Below, piece after piece: positions 19,988 to 31,897 of a stretch of DNA of 64,000 nucleotides. Below the pieces are notes generated by a model that was given only the letters and a program-made list of their open reading frames with translations, was not told the origin of the DNA and did not search any database. The translations under genes were made by a program, and so were the position numbers. Position 1 is the stretch's first letter, and each line of letters starts with the position of its first letter. Origin of the DNA: an uncultured Pelagibacteraceae bacterium (GTDB lineage Bacteria > Pseudomonadota > Alphaproteobacteria > Pelagibacterales > Pelagibacteraceae); NCBI GenBank assembly GCA_902524945.1, contig CABZFF010000002.1, positions 79,811-143,810 of the forward strand. Direction: 5' to 3'.

Positions 19988-21311
19988 ACCAGAAAATAGA
20001 ATATTTAAAAATCTTTATAATGAATTTGGCTGGGAAATTGAATATGCAAAAAAAAGAGACGACTGGAAAGATACTAAAAATATAATTTCTAAAGGTAGAG
20101 AGTGGATCATTAATGAAGTAAAAATATCTGAGTTGAGAGGTAGAGGTGGCGCAGGTTTTTCAACAGGTCTTAAGTGGTCGTTTGCCCCTAAAGAGATTGG
20201 TTCGAGACCTCACTATCTTGTCATTAATGCTGACGAGTCCGAACCTGGAACTTGCAAAGATAGAGATATATTAAGATACGAACCTCAAAAATTAATTGAA
20301 GGCTGTTTAATTGCTGGATATGCTGTAAATGCCCATGTTTGTTATATTTATATAAGAGGGGAATACTTTAATGAAGGAAAAAGGCTTCAGGAAGCGATTG
20401 ACCAAGCTTATGAAAAAAAATATTTAGGAAAAAATGCATGTGGTTCTGGTTGGGATTTCGATATTCACATACATTATGGAGCAGGTGCGTATATTTGTGG
20501 TGAAGAAACTGCTTTATTAGAAAGCATTGAAGGAAATAAAGGTCAACCCAGACTGAAACCTCCTTTTCCTGCGCTCGTGGGATTATATGGTTGTCCAACA
20601 ATTGTAAACAATGTTGAAACAATAGCAGTGGTGCCTACAATTTTAAGGAGAGGCGGAAAATGGTTCGCATCTATCGGTAAGCCAAAAAATACAGGAACAA
20701 AAATATTTTGTATTTCTGGAAATGTGAACTCTCCTTGTAATGTAGAAGAAGAAATGGGAATTCCTTTAAAAGAACTTATTGAGAAACACGCAGGCGGCGT
20801 AGTGGGTGGTTGGGAAAATCTTCAAGCGGTAATACCTGGAGGATCTTCAATGCCTTTATTATCAAAAAAAATATCTGAAACTATAAGAATGGATTTTGAC
20901 TCGTTAATTGAGAATAAAAGTGGGCTTGGTACTGCTGGTATAGTCGTTATAAATAAAGACCAAGACATTGTTTCTTGTATGGCTAGAATAGCGAGGTTCT
21001 ACAAACACGAAAGTTGTGGACAGTGCACACCTTGTAGAGAAGGCGCAGGGTGGATGTGGAGAATTTTAGATAGAGTTGAAAAAAGAAAAGCTACTTATGG
21101 TGATATTGAGTTACTATCTGATGTAACAAAACAAATAGAAGGTCACACTATTTGTGCTTTTGGAGAGGGTTCTGCTTGGCCAGTGCAAGGTTTATTAAGA
21201 CATTTCAGAAAAGAGGTCGAAAACCGTTGTAGAGAAGAACCATTAATAAAAAAGAAATTAAACAATCCTTACTTGGTGGATCAACATTTATTGGAGAATA
21301 AGAATGCCTAA
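19980..21311 (+). CDS. nuoF: NADH-quinone oxidoreductase subunit F
   Basis: [40 protein letters not shown]; start GTG 19980 (or 19968). Confidence 0.97.
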   Translation: MLKPENRIFKNLYNEFGWEIEYAKKRDDWKDTKNIISKGREWIINEVKISELRGRGGAGFSTGLKWSFAPKEIGSRPHYLVINADESEPGTCKDRDILRYEPQKLIEGCLIAGYAVNAHVCYIYIRGEYFNEGKRLQEAIDQAYEKKYLGKNACGSGWDFDIHIHYGAGAYICGEETALLESIEGNKGQPRLKPPFPALVGLYGCPTIVNNVETIAVVPTILRRGGKWFASIGKPKNTGTKIFCISGNVNSPCNVEEEMGIPLKELIEKHAGGVVGGWENLQAVIPGGSSMPLLSKKISETIRMDFDSLIENKSGLGTAGIVVINKDQDIVSCMARIARFYKHESCGQCTPCREGAGWMWRILDRVEKRKATYGDIELLSDVTKQIEGHTICAFGEGSAWPVQGLLRHFRKEVENRCREEPLIKKKLNNPYLVDQHLLENKNA

Positions 21312-23358
21312 AATAACAATAAATGGAAAAGAAATAGAATTCGAAAAAGGAATGACAGTTCTTCAGGCATGTGAACTGGCAGATGTTGAAATACCGAGGT
21401 TTTGTTATCATGAAAAATTGTCAATAGCTGGAAATTGCAGAATGTGTTTAGTAGAGATGGAAAAATCTCCAAAACCAATTGCATCATGTGCAATGCCTGC
21501 TACAGAAGGTATGAATATAAAAACAAACACAAATCTTGTAGAAAAAGCAAGAAAAGGTGTGATGGAGTTTTTGCTTGCCAACCATCCTTTAGATTGTCCA
21601 GTTTGTGATCAAGGAGGAGAATGCGATCTACAAGATCAATCAATGTATTATGGAGTAGATAAGTCAAGGTTTGTAGAAAACAAAAGACAAGTTAAAGAAA
21701 AATACATGGGTCCACTTATAAAAACTCAAATGACCAGATGTATTCATTGTACCAGATGTGTAAGATTTGCGACTGAAGTAGCCGGGATTCCAGAAATTGG
21801 AGCCATTGGTAGAGGAGAGAATATGGAAATTACAACTTATCTTGAGAAAGCTATGGAGTCTGAACTTTCCGCAAATGTAATAGACCTATGTCCAGTGGGA
21901 GCCCTAACTTCTAAACCTTATGCTTTCGAAGCCAGACCATGGGAACTTAAAAAAACTGAGAGCATAGATGTAATGGATGCCGTTGGCTCAAATATTAGAG
22001 TTGATACATATAATTGGGAGGTAAAAAGAATTCTTCCTAAACTTAATAACGATATTAATGAGGAGTGGATTTCAGATAAAACAAGGTATTCATGTGATGG
22101 GCTACTTAAGCAACGATTAGAAGTTCCTTATGTGAAAAAAAATAATAAATTACAAAAATCAAATTGGGATGAGGCAATTTCTATTTTAATAGAAAAAATT
22201 AATACAACAAACCCGAATGAAATTGGCGGTCATATAGGGGACATGGTTAATTTAGAAAACGCATTAGCTTTCAAAAAACTTTTCTCAATTTTAAAAGTAA
22301 CTAACTTAGAATTTAGAGAAAGAAATTTTTATATAAATTCAAAAGAAAAAAGTAATTATATATTTAATTCTTCAATAAAAGGCATAGAAGAAGCCGACCT
22401 AGTTCTTTTGATCGGCACTAATCCTAGACATGAAGCAACTATGCTTAATGCTAGAATAAGAAAAGCGTATGCCCAGAGACAAATCCCTATTTTTTCAGTA
22501 GGTGATCCTGGCGACTTAACATATGATTATACTGTAATTGGAAATTCTACTGATACTATAAAAAAAATACTCAATAAAGAGCTAGAGTTTTCAAAAAAAT
22601 TATTATCTTCAAAAAAACCTATTATCATTATCGGGGAGTCAGCTTTAGAGTTAAAAAGCGGCCAATATATAATTGAAGAATTTAAAAAATTTTTAAAAAA
22701 AAATAATTTTATTAATAAAGATTGGAATAGTTTAAATTTTCTTCCACAAAATGCTTCTACAGTAGGTTTGATAGATTTACAAATACTACCAAATCAAAAA
22801 GAAAAAAACTCATTTTTTGAAAAGTTAAAAAATAACGAATTTAAAGTATTGTATCTTTTAAGTTCAGATAATTTAGATATCAAAAAAAATAATGAGTTTA
22901 TTATTTATCAAGGAAGCCATGGTGATAGAGGTGCAGAGATAGCAGATCTAATTCTTCCTAGTGCTGCATTTACTGAACAAAACGGACTTTATGAAAATCT
23001 TGAGGGTAGAGTACAAGAGTGTAAAAAAGCTTCTTATCCCATAGGGGAAGCTTTAGAGGATTGGAGAGTTTTTAATTTGATCTTAAAAAAACTTAAAAAA
23101 AACGAAAACTTATCTAATTTTGATTCATTAAGAAAAGAAGTTTTAGAACTAATTCCGAATTTTACAAAATTAAATGATTTACCAAGTTATAATGAGATCG
23201 AGTTTATTAATTTGCCCTCAAACTTTGTAAGTGAAAAAGTTATAATAAAAGAATTAGATTATTTTTTTACTAACGCAATATCGAGAGCATCTAAAACAAT
23301 GAGTGAATGTCGGCAAATTAAAAAAGACTCAAAAAAAACTGGTACGGATAATTTATGA
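21304..23358 (+). CDS. nuoG: NADH-quinone oxidoreductase subunit G
   Basis: [36 protein letters not shown]. Confidence 0.97.
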   Translation: MPKITINGKEIEFEKGMTVLQACELADVEIPRFCYHEKLSIAGNCRMCLVEMEKSPKPIASCAMPATEGMNIKTNTNLVEKARKGVMEFLLANHPLDCPVCDQGGECDLQDQSMYYGVDKSRFVENKRQVKEKYMGPLIKTQMTRCIHCTRCVRFATEVAGIPEIGAIGRGENMEITTYLEKAMESELSANVIDLCPVGALTSKPYAFEARPWELKKTESIDVMDAVGSNIRVDTYNWEVKRILPKLNNDINEEWISDKTRYSCDGLLKQRLEVPYVKKNNKLQKSNWDEAISILIEKINTTNPNEIGGHIGDMVNLENALAFKKLFSILKVTNLEFRERNFYINSKEKSNYIFNSSIKGIEEADLVLLIGTNPRHEATMLNARIRKAYAQRQIPIFSVGDPGDLTYDYTVIGNSTDTIKKILNKELEFSKKLLSSKKPIIIIGESALELKSGQYIIEEFKKFLKKNNFINKDWNSLNFLPQNASTVGLIDLQILPNQKEKNSFFEKLKNNEFKVLYLLSSDNLDIKKNNEFIIYQGSHGDRGAEIADLILPSAAFTEQNGLYENLEGRVQECKKASYPIGEALEDWRVFNLILKKLKKNENLSNFDSLRKEVLELIPNFTKLNDLPSYNEIEFINLPSNFVSEKVIIKELDYFFTNAISRASKTMSECRQIKKDSKKTGTDNL

Positions 23359-24362
23359 TAGAGTATTTACAAATATTAGGAGAAGAAGTTTATAAAATTA
23401 TTTTTTTTATAGTTCCAATCCTTGTATCAGTGGCTATGATTGTCTGGCTTGATAGAAGAGTATGGGGTTTAGTACAAAAAAGAAGAGGGCCAAATGTTGT
23501 TGGTCCTTTTGGACTTTTTCAAACATTAGCTGATGCATTAAAATATATATTTAAAGAGATTATCATTCCTGCAAGTGCCAATAGAATTGTCTTCATTCTT
23601 GCACCGATTGTGACTATGACATTAGCTTTAGTTGCTTGGGCAGTAATTCCGATGAGTGAAAGTTTAGTTTTAGCAGACATTAATGTTGGGGTATTGTATT
23701 TATTTGCAGTCTCCTCTCTTGGTGTTTATGGTATTATAATGGGCGGCTGGGCATCTAACTCAAAGTACCCTTTTTTAGGTGCCATTAGGTCTGCCGCACA
23801 AATGGTTTCATATGAAGTTTCGATTGGAATTATTATTATTAATGTTCTTCTGTGCGTTGGATCCTTAAATTTAAATGACATTGTTATTGCACAAAAAGAA
23901 TTATGGTATGTAATACCTCTTTTTCCAATGTTCGTAATTTTTTTTATATCTGCGCTTGCAGAAACAAATAGACCGCCTTTTGATTTACCTGAAGCAGAAG
24001 CAGAATTAGTAGCCGGTTATCAAACTGAATATTCAGGTATGATGTATGCCATGTTTTGGCTTGGAGAGTATGCAAATATACTTTTAATGTGTGCGATGGG
24101 CTCAATACTTTTCCTTGGTGGGTGGCTACCAATTTTAGATATTTATCCACTTAATATAATCCCGGCACCTATTTGGATGATAACAAAAATTTTATTTTTA
24201 TTTTTATTATTTGCTCTTATTAAAGCAATAGTTCCAAGATATAGATATGATCAACTTATGAGGTTAGGTTGGAAAATATTTTTACCTTTTTCTTTAATTT
24301 ATCTTGTTTTGACAGCAAGTTTCTTATTCTATTTTGACAAACTACCAAAGGTGAATATTTGA
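23355..24362 (+). CDS. nuoH: NADH-quinone oxidoreductase subunit H
   Basis: [33 protein letters not shown]. Confidence 0.97.
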   Translation: MIEYLQILGEEVYKIIFFIVPILVSVAMIVWLDRRVWGLVQKRRGPNVVGPFGLFQTLADALKYIFKEIIIPASANRIVFILAPIVTMTLALVAWAVIPMSESLVLADINVGVLYLFAVSSLGVYGIIMGGWASNSKYPFLGAIRSAAQMVSYEVSIGIIIINVLLCVGSLNLNDIVIAQKELWYVIPLFPMFVIFFISALAETNRPPFDLPEAEAELVAGYQTEYSGMMYAMFWLGEYANILLMCAMGSILFLGGWLPILDIYPLNIIPAPIWMITKILFLFLLFALIKAIVPRYRYDQLMRLGWKIFLPFSLIYLVLTASFLFYFDKLPKVNI

Positions 24363-24847
24363 TGAATATAGGAAGACTTTTAAAAACTATTTTTTTAGTT
24401 GAGTTTGTTTCAGGGCTTTTTATGGCAATAAAAGAATTATTTAGAAAATCGAAAACGATAAATTACCCTTTCGAAAAAGGGCCAATTAGCCCTCGAATGA
24501 GAGGTGAACACGCTCTGAGAAGATACCCTAATGGAGAGGAGAGGTGTATCGCATGTAAACTATGCGAAGCTGTTTGCCCTGCTCAAGCTATTACAATTGA
24601 ATCTACAGAGAGGTCTGATGGTAGTAGAAAAACAACAAGGTATGACATTGATATGCTAAAATGTATATATTGTGGACTTTGTCAGGAGTCATGTCCGGTA
24701 GATGCTATTGTGCAAGGACCCAACTTCGAGTTTGCCACAGAAACTAGAGAAGAGCTTTATTATAATAAAGAAAAGCTTTTAGAAAATGGAGATAGATGGG
24801 AGTCAGTTATAGCAAACAACATCAAGTTAGATAAACCCTACAGATAG
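24362..24847 (+). CDS. nuoI: NADH-quinone oxidoreductase subunit I
   Basis: Two CxxCxxCxxxCP ferredoxin motifs; TINYPFEK. Confidence 0.97.
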   Translation: MNIGRLLKTIFLVEFVSGLFMAIKELFRKSKTINYPFEKGPISPRMRGEHALRRYPNGEERCIACKLCEAVCPAQAITIESTERSDGSRKTTRYDIDMLKCIYCGLCQESCPVDAIVQGPNFEFATETREELYYNKEKLLENGDRWESVIANNIKLDKPYR

Positions 24848-25474
24848 ATGATAATCCACTCAATTTTCTTTTATTTCTTTTCAGTTATAGCAATTTTTTC
24901 TTCTTTAATGGTTATAACTTCGCGAAGTACAATTAATTCAGTTTTCTTTTTAATATTAGATTTCATTTCAGTTGGTTGCCTTTTTATTATGGTAGGGGCT
25001 GAATTTTTGGGGATGATACTTTTAATTGTATACGTTGGAGCAGTTGCTGTTTTATTTTTATTTGTAGTTATGATGCTAAATGTAGCTGAGCAAAAACAGT
25101 CATGGTTTATTGGAAAAAAATCAACTCATATTCCCACAGGTTTAATTGTAAGTGTATTAATCTTACTAGAGTTATTGGTTGTTGTTGGTGGTTGGAAATA
25201 TAAAGAAAATGTAATGTCTAGCAGTTCTTTAATTATTTCAGAGACCTCCAATACTCATCAATTAGGATTAGTTATGTACACCGATTATATTTTATACTTT
25301 CAATTAGCAGGTATAGTCCTTCTTTTGGCAATGATTGGTGCTATCCTATTAACGTTTAGGGAGAGGGTGGGTGTTAAAAAGCAAAGTTATATTAATCAAA
25401 TTTCTAGAAACCCATCAACTGCAGTAGAACTTGTAGAGACAAAATCTAATCAAGGAGTAAAAATCGATGATTGA
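24848..25474 (+). CDS. nuoJ: NADH-quinone oxidoreductase subunit J
   Basis: AEFL...[17 protein letters not shown]. Confidence 0.96.
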   Translation: MIIHSIFFYFFSVIAIFSSLMVITSRSTINSVFFLILDFISVGCLFIMVGAEFLGMILLIVYVGAVAVLFLFVVMMLNVAEQKQSWFIGKKSTHIPTGLIVSVLILLELLVVVGGWKYKENVMSSSSLIISETSNTHQLGLVMYTDYILYFQLAGIVLLLAMIGAILLTFRERVGVKKQSYINQISRNPSTAVELVETKSNQGVKIDD

Positions 25475-25778
25475 AATTGGTTTAGGACATTATTTATCGT
25501 TAGGAGCTATTATTTTTTTCTTAGGTGTAATAGGAATTTTCTTAAATAGGAAAAATGTAATAGTTATATTAATGTCTATTGAGTTAATTTTACTAGCAGT
25601 AAATATAAATTTGATATCTTTTTCTATTTTTTCAGGTGATATTGTTGGCCAAATTTTTACTATGCTTATATTAACAGTTGCAGCAGCAGAAGCAGCCATA
25701 GGTCTTGCAATTATAGTAGTTTATTACAGAAATAGAGGATCTATAAGAGTTGAAGACATCCACGGTATGAAAGGATAA
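25467..25778 (+). CDS. nuoK: NADH-quinone oxidoreductase subunit K
   Basis: [20 protein letters not shown]. Confidence 0.96.
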   Translation: MIEIGLGHYLSLGAIIFFLGVIGIFLNRKNVIVILMSIELILLAVNINLISFSIFSGDIVGQIFTMLILTVAAAEAAIGLAIIVVYYRNRGSIRVEDIHGMKG

Positions 25779-27686
25779 ATGGAATACGCAATATTATTTT
25801 TACCTTTAGTCGGTTCTATAATAGGGTATTTGGGTAGATCATTAACAAAGTTTTTCGCAGAAATAACTACAAGTTTATTTGTAAGTATCTCGGCTATTCT
25901 GTCAATTATTGTTTTTTGGAATGGAGTACAAAACAATATTTTTGGAAATTATTTGATTTTTGAATGGATAAGTTCTGGTAATTTCACGGCTAACTGGTCA
26001 ATTAAAATAGATCCACTAAGCTCAATAATGTTAGTAGTTGTTACTTTTGTTTCAGCAATAGTACATATTTATTCTATCGGTTATATGCATCACGACCCTC
26101 ACAAACCGAGATTTATGTCCTATTTATCACTATTTACTTTCTCAATGTTAGCTTTAGTTGTTTCAGATAATTTTTTACAACTTTTTTTTGGATGGGAGGG
26201 AGTTGGTTTATGTTCATATTTACTAATAGGTTTTTGGTATAAAAAAGAAAAAGCAAATAATGCTGCGATAAAAGCGTTTATTGTAAATAGAATAGGAGAT
26301 TTTGGTCTTGCGATAGGGATCTTTTTGATTTTTTTCTTTTTTGGTACTATTAATTTTGATGAAGTTTTTCAGGCTGCAAATCAGTATACAGAAAAACAAT
26401 TAGTCTTTTTTGGCTTTGAGTCAAATTTGATTACTTTGATATGTATATTTTTATTTATTGGAGCCATGGGAAAATCTGCACAATTTTTACTTCATACTTG
26501 GCTACCTGATGCAATGGAGGGTCCTACTCCAGTTTCAGCGTTAATTCATGCTGCCACAATGGTAACGGCAGGGGTATTCCTTGTAGTTAGATGCTCACCT
26601 CTATTTGAGTTTTCTCAAGTAGCCTTAAATTTAGTTACTATTGTTGGAATGGTTACAGCAATATTTGCTGCGTCCGTTGCTTTAGTACAAAATGATATAA
26701 AAAAAATAGTAGCTTACTCAACATGCAGCCAACTAGGTTATATGTTTTTTGCTGCAGGAATTGGAGCATATCATGTAGCGATGTTTCATTTGTTTACTCA
26801 TGCTTTCTTTAAAGCACTTCTATTTTTAGGTGCTGGTTCTGTAATACATGCTTTCAAAGACGAGCAAGACATAAGAAACATGGGCGGAGTGCGAAAAAAA
26901 CTTCCTTACACATATGTTTTTATGTTATTAGGAACCTTAGCGTTAACAGGGTTTCCATTTCTTTCAGGTTTTTATTCAAAGGATGCTATTATAGAATTTG
27001 CATATCTTAAAAATTCCTCTTTAGGAAATTATGCAGCAACAGTTGGTATTCTTACAGCGCTGTTAACATCTATTTATTCATGGAGACTGTTTTTTAAAGC
27101 TTTTCATGGCCCCTATAATAACAAAAAAATTTCAATAGATGAGACCCAAGAGTCCCCACTAGTGATGCTAATTCCCTTGATGTTTTTAGGGGTTGGTTCA
27201 ATATTTGTGGGGTATATTTTTAAAAATACCTTTATCGGGTCTCATAGTAATGATTTTTGGCAAACATCAATCTTTTTTTTAAATGAAATAAAATATGGCG
27301 CTATACCACTTTGGTTTTTATTACTTACTCCGATCTTAGTTGTGATCTCTATACCTATTTCATATTACTTATATGTTTTGAAACCAAATGTTTTAGAGGA
27401 TTTTAAAAATACCAACATGCCTTTGTATAATTTTTTACTCAACAAATGGTATATAGATGAATTTTATGAAAAAATATTTGTTACTCCAGCGAAAAAAATA
27501 GGTTCTTTTTTTTGGAAAAAAGGAGATATTGGTATTATAGATAAGTTTGGTCCTGATGGTATTTCTAAATTAGTTAAAATTATTTCAAGTAAAACAGGGC
27601 GCTTACAAACGGGATTTATTTATGATTACGCTTTTGTTATGCTCTTAGGTTTATCTATTTTACTTACTTATTTGATATTAAAATAA
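25779..27686 (+). CDS. nuoL: NADH-quinone oxidoreductase subunit L
   Basis: GKSAQ...WLPDAMEGPTPVSALIHAATMV, HAFFKALLFL. Confidence 0.97.
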   Translation: MEYAILFLPLVGSIIGYLGRSLTKFFAEITTSLFVSISAILSIIVFWNGVQNNIFGNYLIFEWISSGNFTANWSIKIDPLSSIMLVVVTFVSAIVHIYSIGYMHHDPHKPRFMSYLSLFTFSMLALVVSDNFLQLFFGWEGVGLCSYLLIGFWYKKEKANNAAIKAFIVNRIGDFGLAIGIFLIFFFFGTINFDEVFQAANQYTEKQLVFFGFESNLITLICIFLFIGAMGKSAQFLLHTWLPDAMEGPTPVSALIHAATMVTAGVFLVVRCSPLFEFSQVALNLVTIVGMVTAIFAASVALVQNDIKKIVAYSTCSQLGYMFFAAGIGAYHVAMFHLFTHAFFKALLFLGAGSVIHAFKDEQDIRNMGGVRKKLPYTYVFMLLGTLALTGFPFLSGFYSKDAIIEFAYLKNSSLGNYAATVGILTALLTSIYSWRLFFKAFHGPYNNKKISIDETQESPLVMLIPLMFLGVGSIFVGYIFKNTFIGSHSNDFWQTSIFFLNEIKYGAIPLWFLLLTPILVVISIPISYYLYVLKPNVLEDFKNTNMPLYNFLLNKWYIDEFYEKIFVTPAKKIGSFFWKKGDIGIIDKFGPDGISKLVKIISSKTGRLQTGFIYDYAFVMLLGLSILLTYLILK

Positions 27687-27687
27687 A

Positions 27688-29166
27688 ATGAATTTTCCAA
27701 TACTGTCTACTTTAATTTTTTTACCTTTGGTTAGTTCATTTTTTATTATTTTGTCGAGGGAAAAAAAAAATAATTATAGTTCAATCTATATTTCTCTATT
27801 TAGCAGTATCGCTACATTTTTTCTATCATTATTCTTATGGTATTCTTTAGATATTAATACCTCAGACTTTCAGTTCGTAGAGGACAAATCTTGGATAAAC
27901 AATTTTATAAAATTTAAGTTAGGAGTAGACGGAATATCAATACTTTTTATTGTTTTAACAACATTTATCACTCCAATTTGTATTATCTCTTGTATCAATA
28001 GTGTTAAAGTAAGAGTCAAAGAATTCCTGATCGCAATATTAATCTTAGAAACTTTTATGATCGGTGTATTCTGTTCTCTCGATCTTGTGATATTTTATTT
28101 ATTCTTTGAGGCAGGCTTGATACCTATGTTCCTTATCATTGGAGTCTGGGGCGGACCAAGAAGAGTTTATTCTGCATTTAAATTTTTTCTATTTACTTTA
28201 CTTGGTTCAGTTTTAATGCTCGTAGCAATCATAGTAATTTACTGGTTAACAGGAACTACTGATATAACTCAGATATATGAATTAAAAATACCAAAAGAAT
28301 ATCAAAATATCCTCTGGTTAGCTTTTTTTAGCTCTTTTGCTGTCAAAATGCCCATGTGGCCAGTTCATACATGGCTACCAGATGCTCATGTTGAAGCACC
28401 GACGGCAGGTTCAGTTATTTTAGCAGCAATTTTATTAAAAATGGCTGGCTATGGGTTTTTAAGATTTTCAATTCCAATGTTTCCTGTTGCTTCAGAATAT
28501 TTTACTCCATTGATTTATACTCTTAGTATAATAGCAATTATTTACACCTCTTTGGTAGCACTAATGCAAGATGATATGAAAAAATTGATTGCTTACTCTT
28601 CAGTTGCTCATATGGGGTATGTAACTTTAGGAATCTTTACATTAACAAAACAAGGTATTGAAGGAAGTATATATCAAATGATAAGTCATGGTTTAATATC
28701 AGCAGCATTATTCTTGTGTGTTGGAGTAGTTTATGACAGGTTACATTCAAGAATGATCAGTACTTACGGTGGATTAGTAAATTATATACCAAAGTACTCT
28801 TTTTTATTTTTAATATTTGCTTTAGCCGCGCTCGGTTTACCTGGAACTTCAGGATTTTTAGGAGAGTTTCTTGTTTTAACTGGAACTTTTCAAAAAAGTT
28901 ACCTTGCAGCCATGTTAGCTACCTTTGGAGTGGTATTAGGAGCTGCATATATGCTTTGGCTTACTAAAAGAGTCATATTTGGTTTTGCAAATAATTCAGA
29001 AATTAAAAATTTGAATGACATAAATAGATCTGAAATTATAATGCTGGTTACATTAGCCTTTTTAATTCTTTTTTTTGGTTTTTACCCACTACCAATAATG
29101 GAAACTTTTAGTGTCTCGGTTAATAGCTTAATTAGCAATTACGAAACAGCATTAACTTCAAATTAG
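27688..29166 (+). CDS. nuoM: NADH-quinone oxidoreductase subunit M
   Basis: HTWLPDAHVEAPTAGS, LIAYSSVAHMG. Confidence 0.97.
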   Translation: MNFPILSTLIFLPLVSSFFIILSREKKNNYSSIYISLFSSIATFFLSLFLWYSLDINTSDFQFVEDKSWINNFIKFKLGVDGISILFIVLTTFITPICIISCINSVKVRVKEFLIAILILETFMIGVFCSLDLVIFYLFFEAGLIPMFLIIGVWGGPRRVYSAFKFFLFTLLGSVLMLVAIIVIYWLTGTTDITQIYELKIPKEYQNILWLAFFSSFAVKMPMWPVHTWLPDAHVEAPTAGSVILAAILLKMAGYGFLRFSIPMFPVASEYFTPLIYTLSIIAIIYTSLVALMQDDMKKLIAYSSVAHMGYVTLGIFTLTKQGIEGSIYQMISHGLISAALFLCVGVVYDRLHSRMISTYGGLVNYIPKYSFLFLIFALAALGLPGTSGFLGEFLVLTGTFQKSYLAAMLATFGVVLGAAYMLWLTKRVIFGFANNSEIKNLNDINRSEIIMLVTLAFLILFFGFYPLPIMETFSVSVNSLISNYETALTSN

Positions 29167-29167
29167 T

Positions 29168-30583
29168 ATGATTAATAATTTAAATATAATGCTTCCTGAA
29201 ATTTTCTTATCTTTATCCATTTTTTCTGTTTTAATGATCGGTGTTTTTATTAAAAATAGTTTTAATATAGTTTTTAACTTAACATCATTGATAATTGTTG
29301 TGGCAGTTGCAATTATTTTATCAAGCCCAAATAATGTAGAAAAAATTTTTTTAAATAGTTTCACAAGAGATGCTTTTTCAAACTATTTCAAAATATTAAT
29401 ACTTTTGTCGTCTCTTTTTGTTATTAATTCTTCAAAAAATTTTATTATAGATAATAAATTGGATAAATTCGAATACCCAATAATTATTTTATTATCAATT
29501 TTAGGGATGTTTTTTATGGTAAGTGCCAACGATTTAATTCTTTTTTACTTAGGCTTAGAGTTACAATCATTATCCTTATATATTCTCGCGTCTATAGATA
29601 GAGATAACTTAAGATCTACAGAGTCCGGCATAAAATATTTTGTACTTAGCGCACTCTCTTCTGGATTATTATTATATGGTTGCTCATTATTATATGGATT
29701 CACTGGTTCTACAAATTTTGATTTCATAGCTGTTGAACTTACTAAAGAAAATACAGGTGCTGTATTTGCAATGGTATTTATACTAGTTGGACTTGCTTTT
29801 AAAGTTTCAGCAGTCCCATTTCATATGTGGACTCCCGATGTCTATGAGGGAGCTCCAACGTCAATAACAAGTTATTTTGCCGTTGTGCCAAAAGTTGCTG
29901 GACTAGCTTTATTAATTAAATTTATGTTTATCCCATTTTCAAATATCTTATTGGAATGGCAAACAATTATAATCTTTTTATCTATAGCATCGATGATTTT
30001 AGGTGCAGTTGCAGCTATGATACAAAAAAATTTTAAAAGACTTTTGGCTTATAGTTCTATCGGCCACATCGGATACGCTCTGGCTGGAGTTGCTACAGGT
30101 TCGGTATCAGGTTACGAGAGCGCAATAGTTTATATATCAATCTATGTTATTATGAATATAGGGGCGTTCTCTTGTTTATATTTATTAAAAAAAGACGGTA
30201 AATATAAAGAAAATATTTCTGATTTATCAGGAGTTTCAAAAAAACATCCTTTACTGGCTATTTCACTTTTAATAATTTTATTTTCTTTAGCGGGAGTCCC
30301 TCCACTAGGGGGATTTTTTGCTAAATTTTACGTTTTTGTAGCGGTTTTAGAAAGAGAAATGTATGCATTAGCAATTATCGGTTTATTGACTACAGTTATG
30401 TCAGCATTTTATTATTTAAAAATTATAAAGACTATTTATTTTGATGATAGTCTTATTACCTTTGAGTTAACAAAAAATAAGACTGCCCAAGTTTCCATTT
30501 TCACCAGCTGTATGATTTTAGTAACATTTTTTTTATATCCCTCTGTTTTGAACAATATAGTAAATTCTTTATTCGCTAGTTAA
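29168..30583 (+). CDS. nuoN: NADH-quinone oxidoreductase subunit N
   Basis: FKVSAVPFHMWTPDVYEGAP, LLAYSSIGHIG. Confidence 0.97.
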   Translation: MINNLNIMLPEIFLSLSIFSVLMIGVFIKNSFNIVFNLTSLIIVVAVAIILSSPNNVEKIFLNSFTRDAFSNYFKILILLSSLFVINSSKNFIIDNKLDKFEYPIIILLSILGMFFMVSANDLILFYLGLELQSLSLYILASIDRDNLRSTESGIKYFVLSALSSGLLLYGCSLLYGFTGSTNFDFIAVELTKENTGAVFAMVFILVGLAFKVSAVPFHMWTPDVYEGAPTSITSYFAVVPKVAGLALLIKFMFIPFSNILLEWQTIIIFLSIASMILGAVAAMIQKNFKRLLAYSSIGHIGYALAGVATGSVSGYESAIVYISIYVIMNIGAFSCLYLLKKDGKYKENISDLSGVSKKHPLLAISLLIILFSLAGVPPLGGFFAKFYVFVAVLEREMYALAIIGLLTTVMSAFYYLKIIKTIYFDDSLITFELTKNKTAQVSIFTSCMILVTFFLYPSVLNNIVNSLFAS

Positions 30584-31146
30584 TGAGGATAAAAATTAAA
30601 AAGTTTAAAGCAGTAAATAGCACTAACACCGTAGCTTTAAAACTTATAAAAAAAAATATATACGCGCCAACTTTAGTTACATCACAAATACAAACCAAAG
30701 GTAGAGGTAGAGTTGGAAAGAAGTGGATTTCTCAAAAAGGAAATCTTTTTATTTCTATATTTTTTAAACTTGATAAGACAAAAATAAATTTTAAGCAATT
30801 TGCAATATTGAATGCATTTTTACTTAAAAAATTGATATCAAAGGTAATCTCTAAAAGAATTTACATAAAATGGCCAAATGATTTATTATTTAACAAACAT
30901 AAATTATGTGGAATTTTACAAGAATTAGTTCAATTTAATAATATTGATTATTTAATAGTGGGAATTGGTTTAAATACAAATATGGCCCCACGAAACAAAA
31001 GCTTTAAATCGACTAGTTTAAAAAATATATTAAATAAAAAAATAAGTAATAAAAAAATTTTGAAAGATCTAATTCAAGCATATGAAAAACTTCTAAGAGA
31101 AAAAAATAAATTATCTTTTTTAGATCTAAAGGAAAAATATAAATAA
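30583..31146 (+). CDS. birA: Biotin--[acetyl-CoA-carboxylase] ligase (short, catalytic domain only)
   Basis: STN, QTKGRGR, KWPND, KLCGIL, GIGLN; nuoN-birA synteny. Confidence 0.92.
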   Translation: MRIKIKKFKAVNSTNTVALKLIKKNIYAPTLVTSQIQTKGRGRVGKKWISQKGNLFISIFFKLDKTKINFKQFAILNAFLLKKLISKVISKRIYIKWPNDLLFNKHKLCGILQELVQFNNIDYLIVGIGLNTNMAPRNKSFKSTSLKNILNKKISNKKILKDLIQAYEKLLREKNKLSFLDLKEKYK

Positions 31147-31150
31147 TAAA

Positions 31151-31897
31151 ATGAACTTTATCGTAGGCGATATCGGAAATACTTCAACAAGAATCTGTTT
31201 ATTTAATCATAAATCAAAAATATTAAAGTCAATTATATTTGATACAAAAAATATTTTTTTGAGAAGTTTTTTAAAAAAAACTTTAAAAAAACTTTACAAG
31301 AAAAATTTAAGAAGTGAAATTTTATTTTCATGTGTAGTACCCTTAGCTTTGAAAAAAATTAAACAAAATCTCAAAGATACAAATTTCAAAGTATTTGAAA
31401 TAAAAAATCTTAAGTTAAAAAAATTGATAAAAATAAATATTAAAAACATAAATCAACTTGGATCAGATAGAATTGTAAATTCCATCGAAGGTAAAAAATT
31501 TAATAACTGTTTGATAATTGATTTTGGAACCGCTACAACATTTGATATTGTAAAAAACAAAATATATGAAGGAGGTGTAATTGCTCCAGGTGTTAAACTG
31601 TCAATAAAAAATTTAAGCCAAGCAACTGCTTTACTTCCGATGTTTAATTTAAAAAAAAAACAAAAAAGCTATGGTAAAAATACTAAAGATGCACTAAATG
31701 CAGGGTTTATATGGGGTTATGAAGGTTTAATAAATAATATAATTAATAGAATTACACTTAATTGGAAAATGGATTATAAAATAATACTCACCGGTGGATA
31801 TGCAAATTTCTTTAAAAAAATTGTTAAGAAAAAATCCATAGTTGATCAAAATATTACAATCAAAGGAGTATCTAGAGTTTATAAAGAATTATTATGA
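31151..31897 (+). CDS. coaX: Type III pantothenate kinase
   Basis: DIGNT, LGSDR, IDFGTATT, GGVIAPG, TGG. Confidence 0.94.
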   Translation: MNFIVGDIGNTSTRICLFNHKSKILKSIIFDTKNIFLRSFLKKTLKKLYKKNLRSEILFSCVVPLALKKIKQNLKDTNFKVFEIKNLKLKKLIKINIKNINQLGSDRIVNSIEGKKFNNCLIIDFGTATTFDIVKNKIYEGGVIAPGVKLSIKNLSQATALLPMFNLKKKQKSYGKNTKDALNAGFIWGYEGLINNIINRITLNWKMDYKIILTGGYANFFKKIVKKKSIVDQNITIKGVSRVYKELL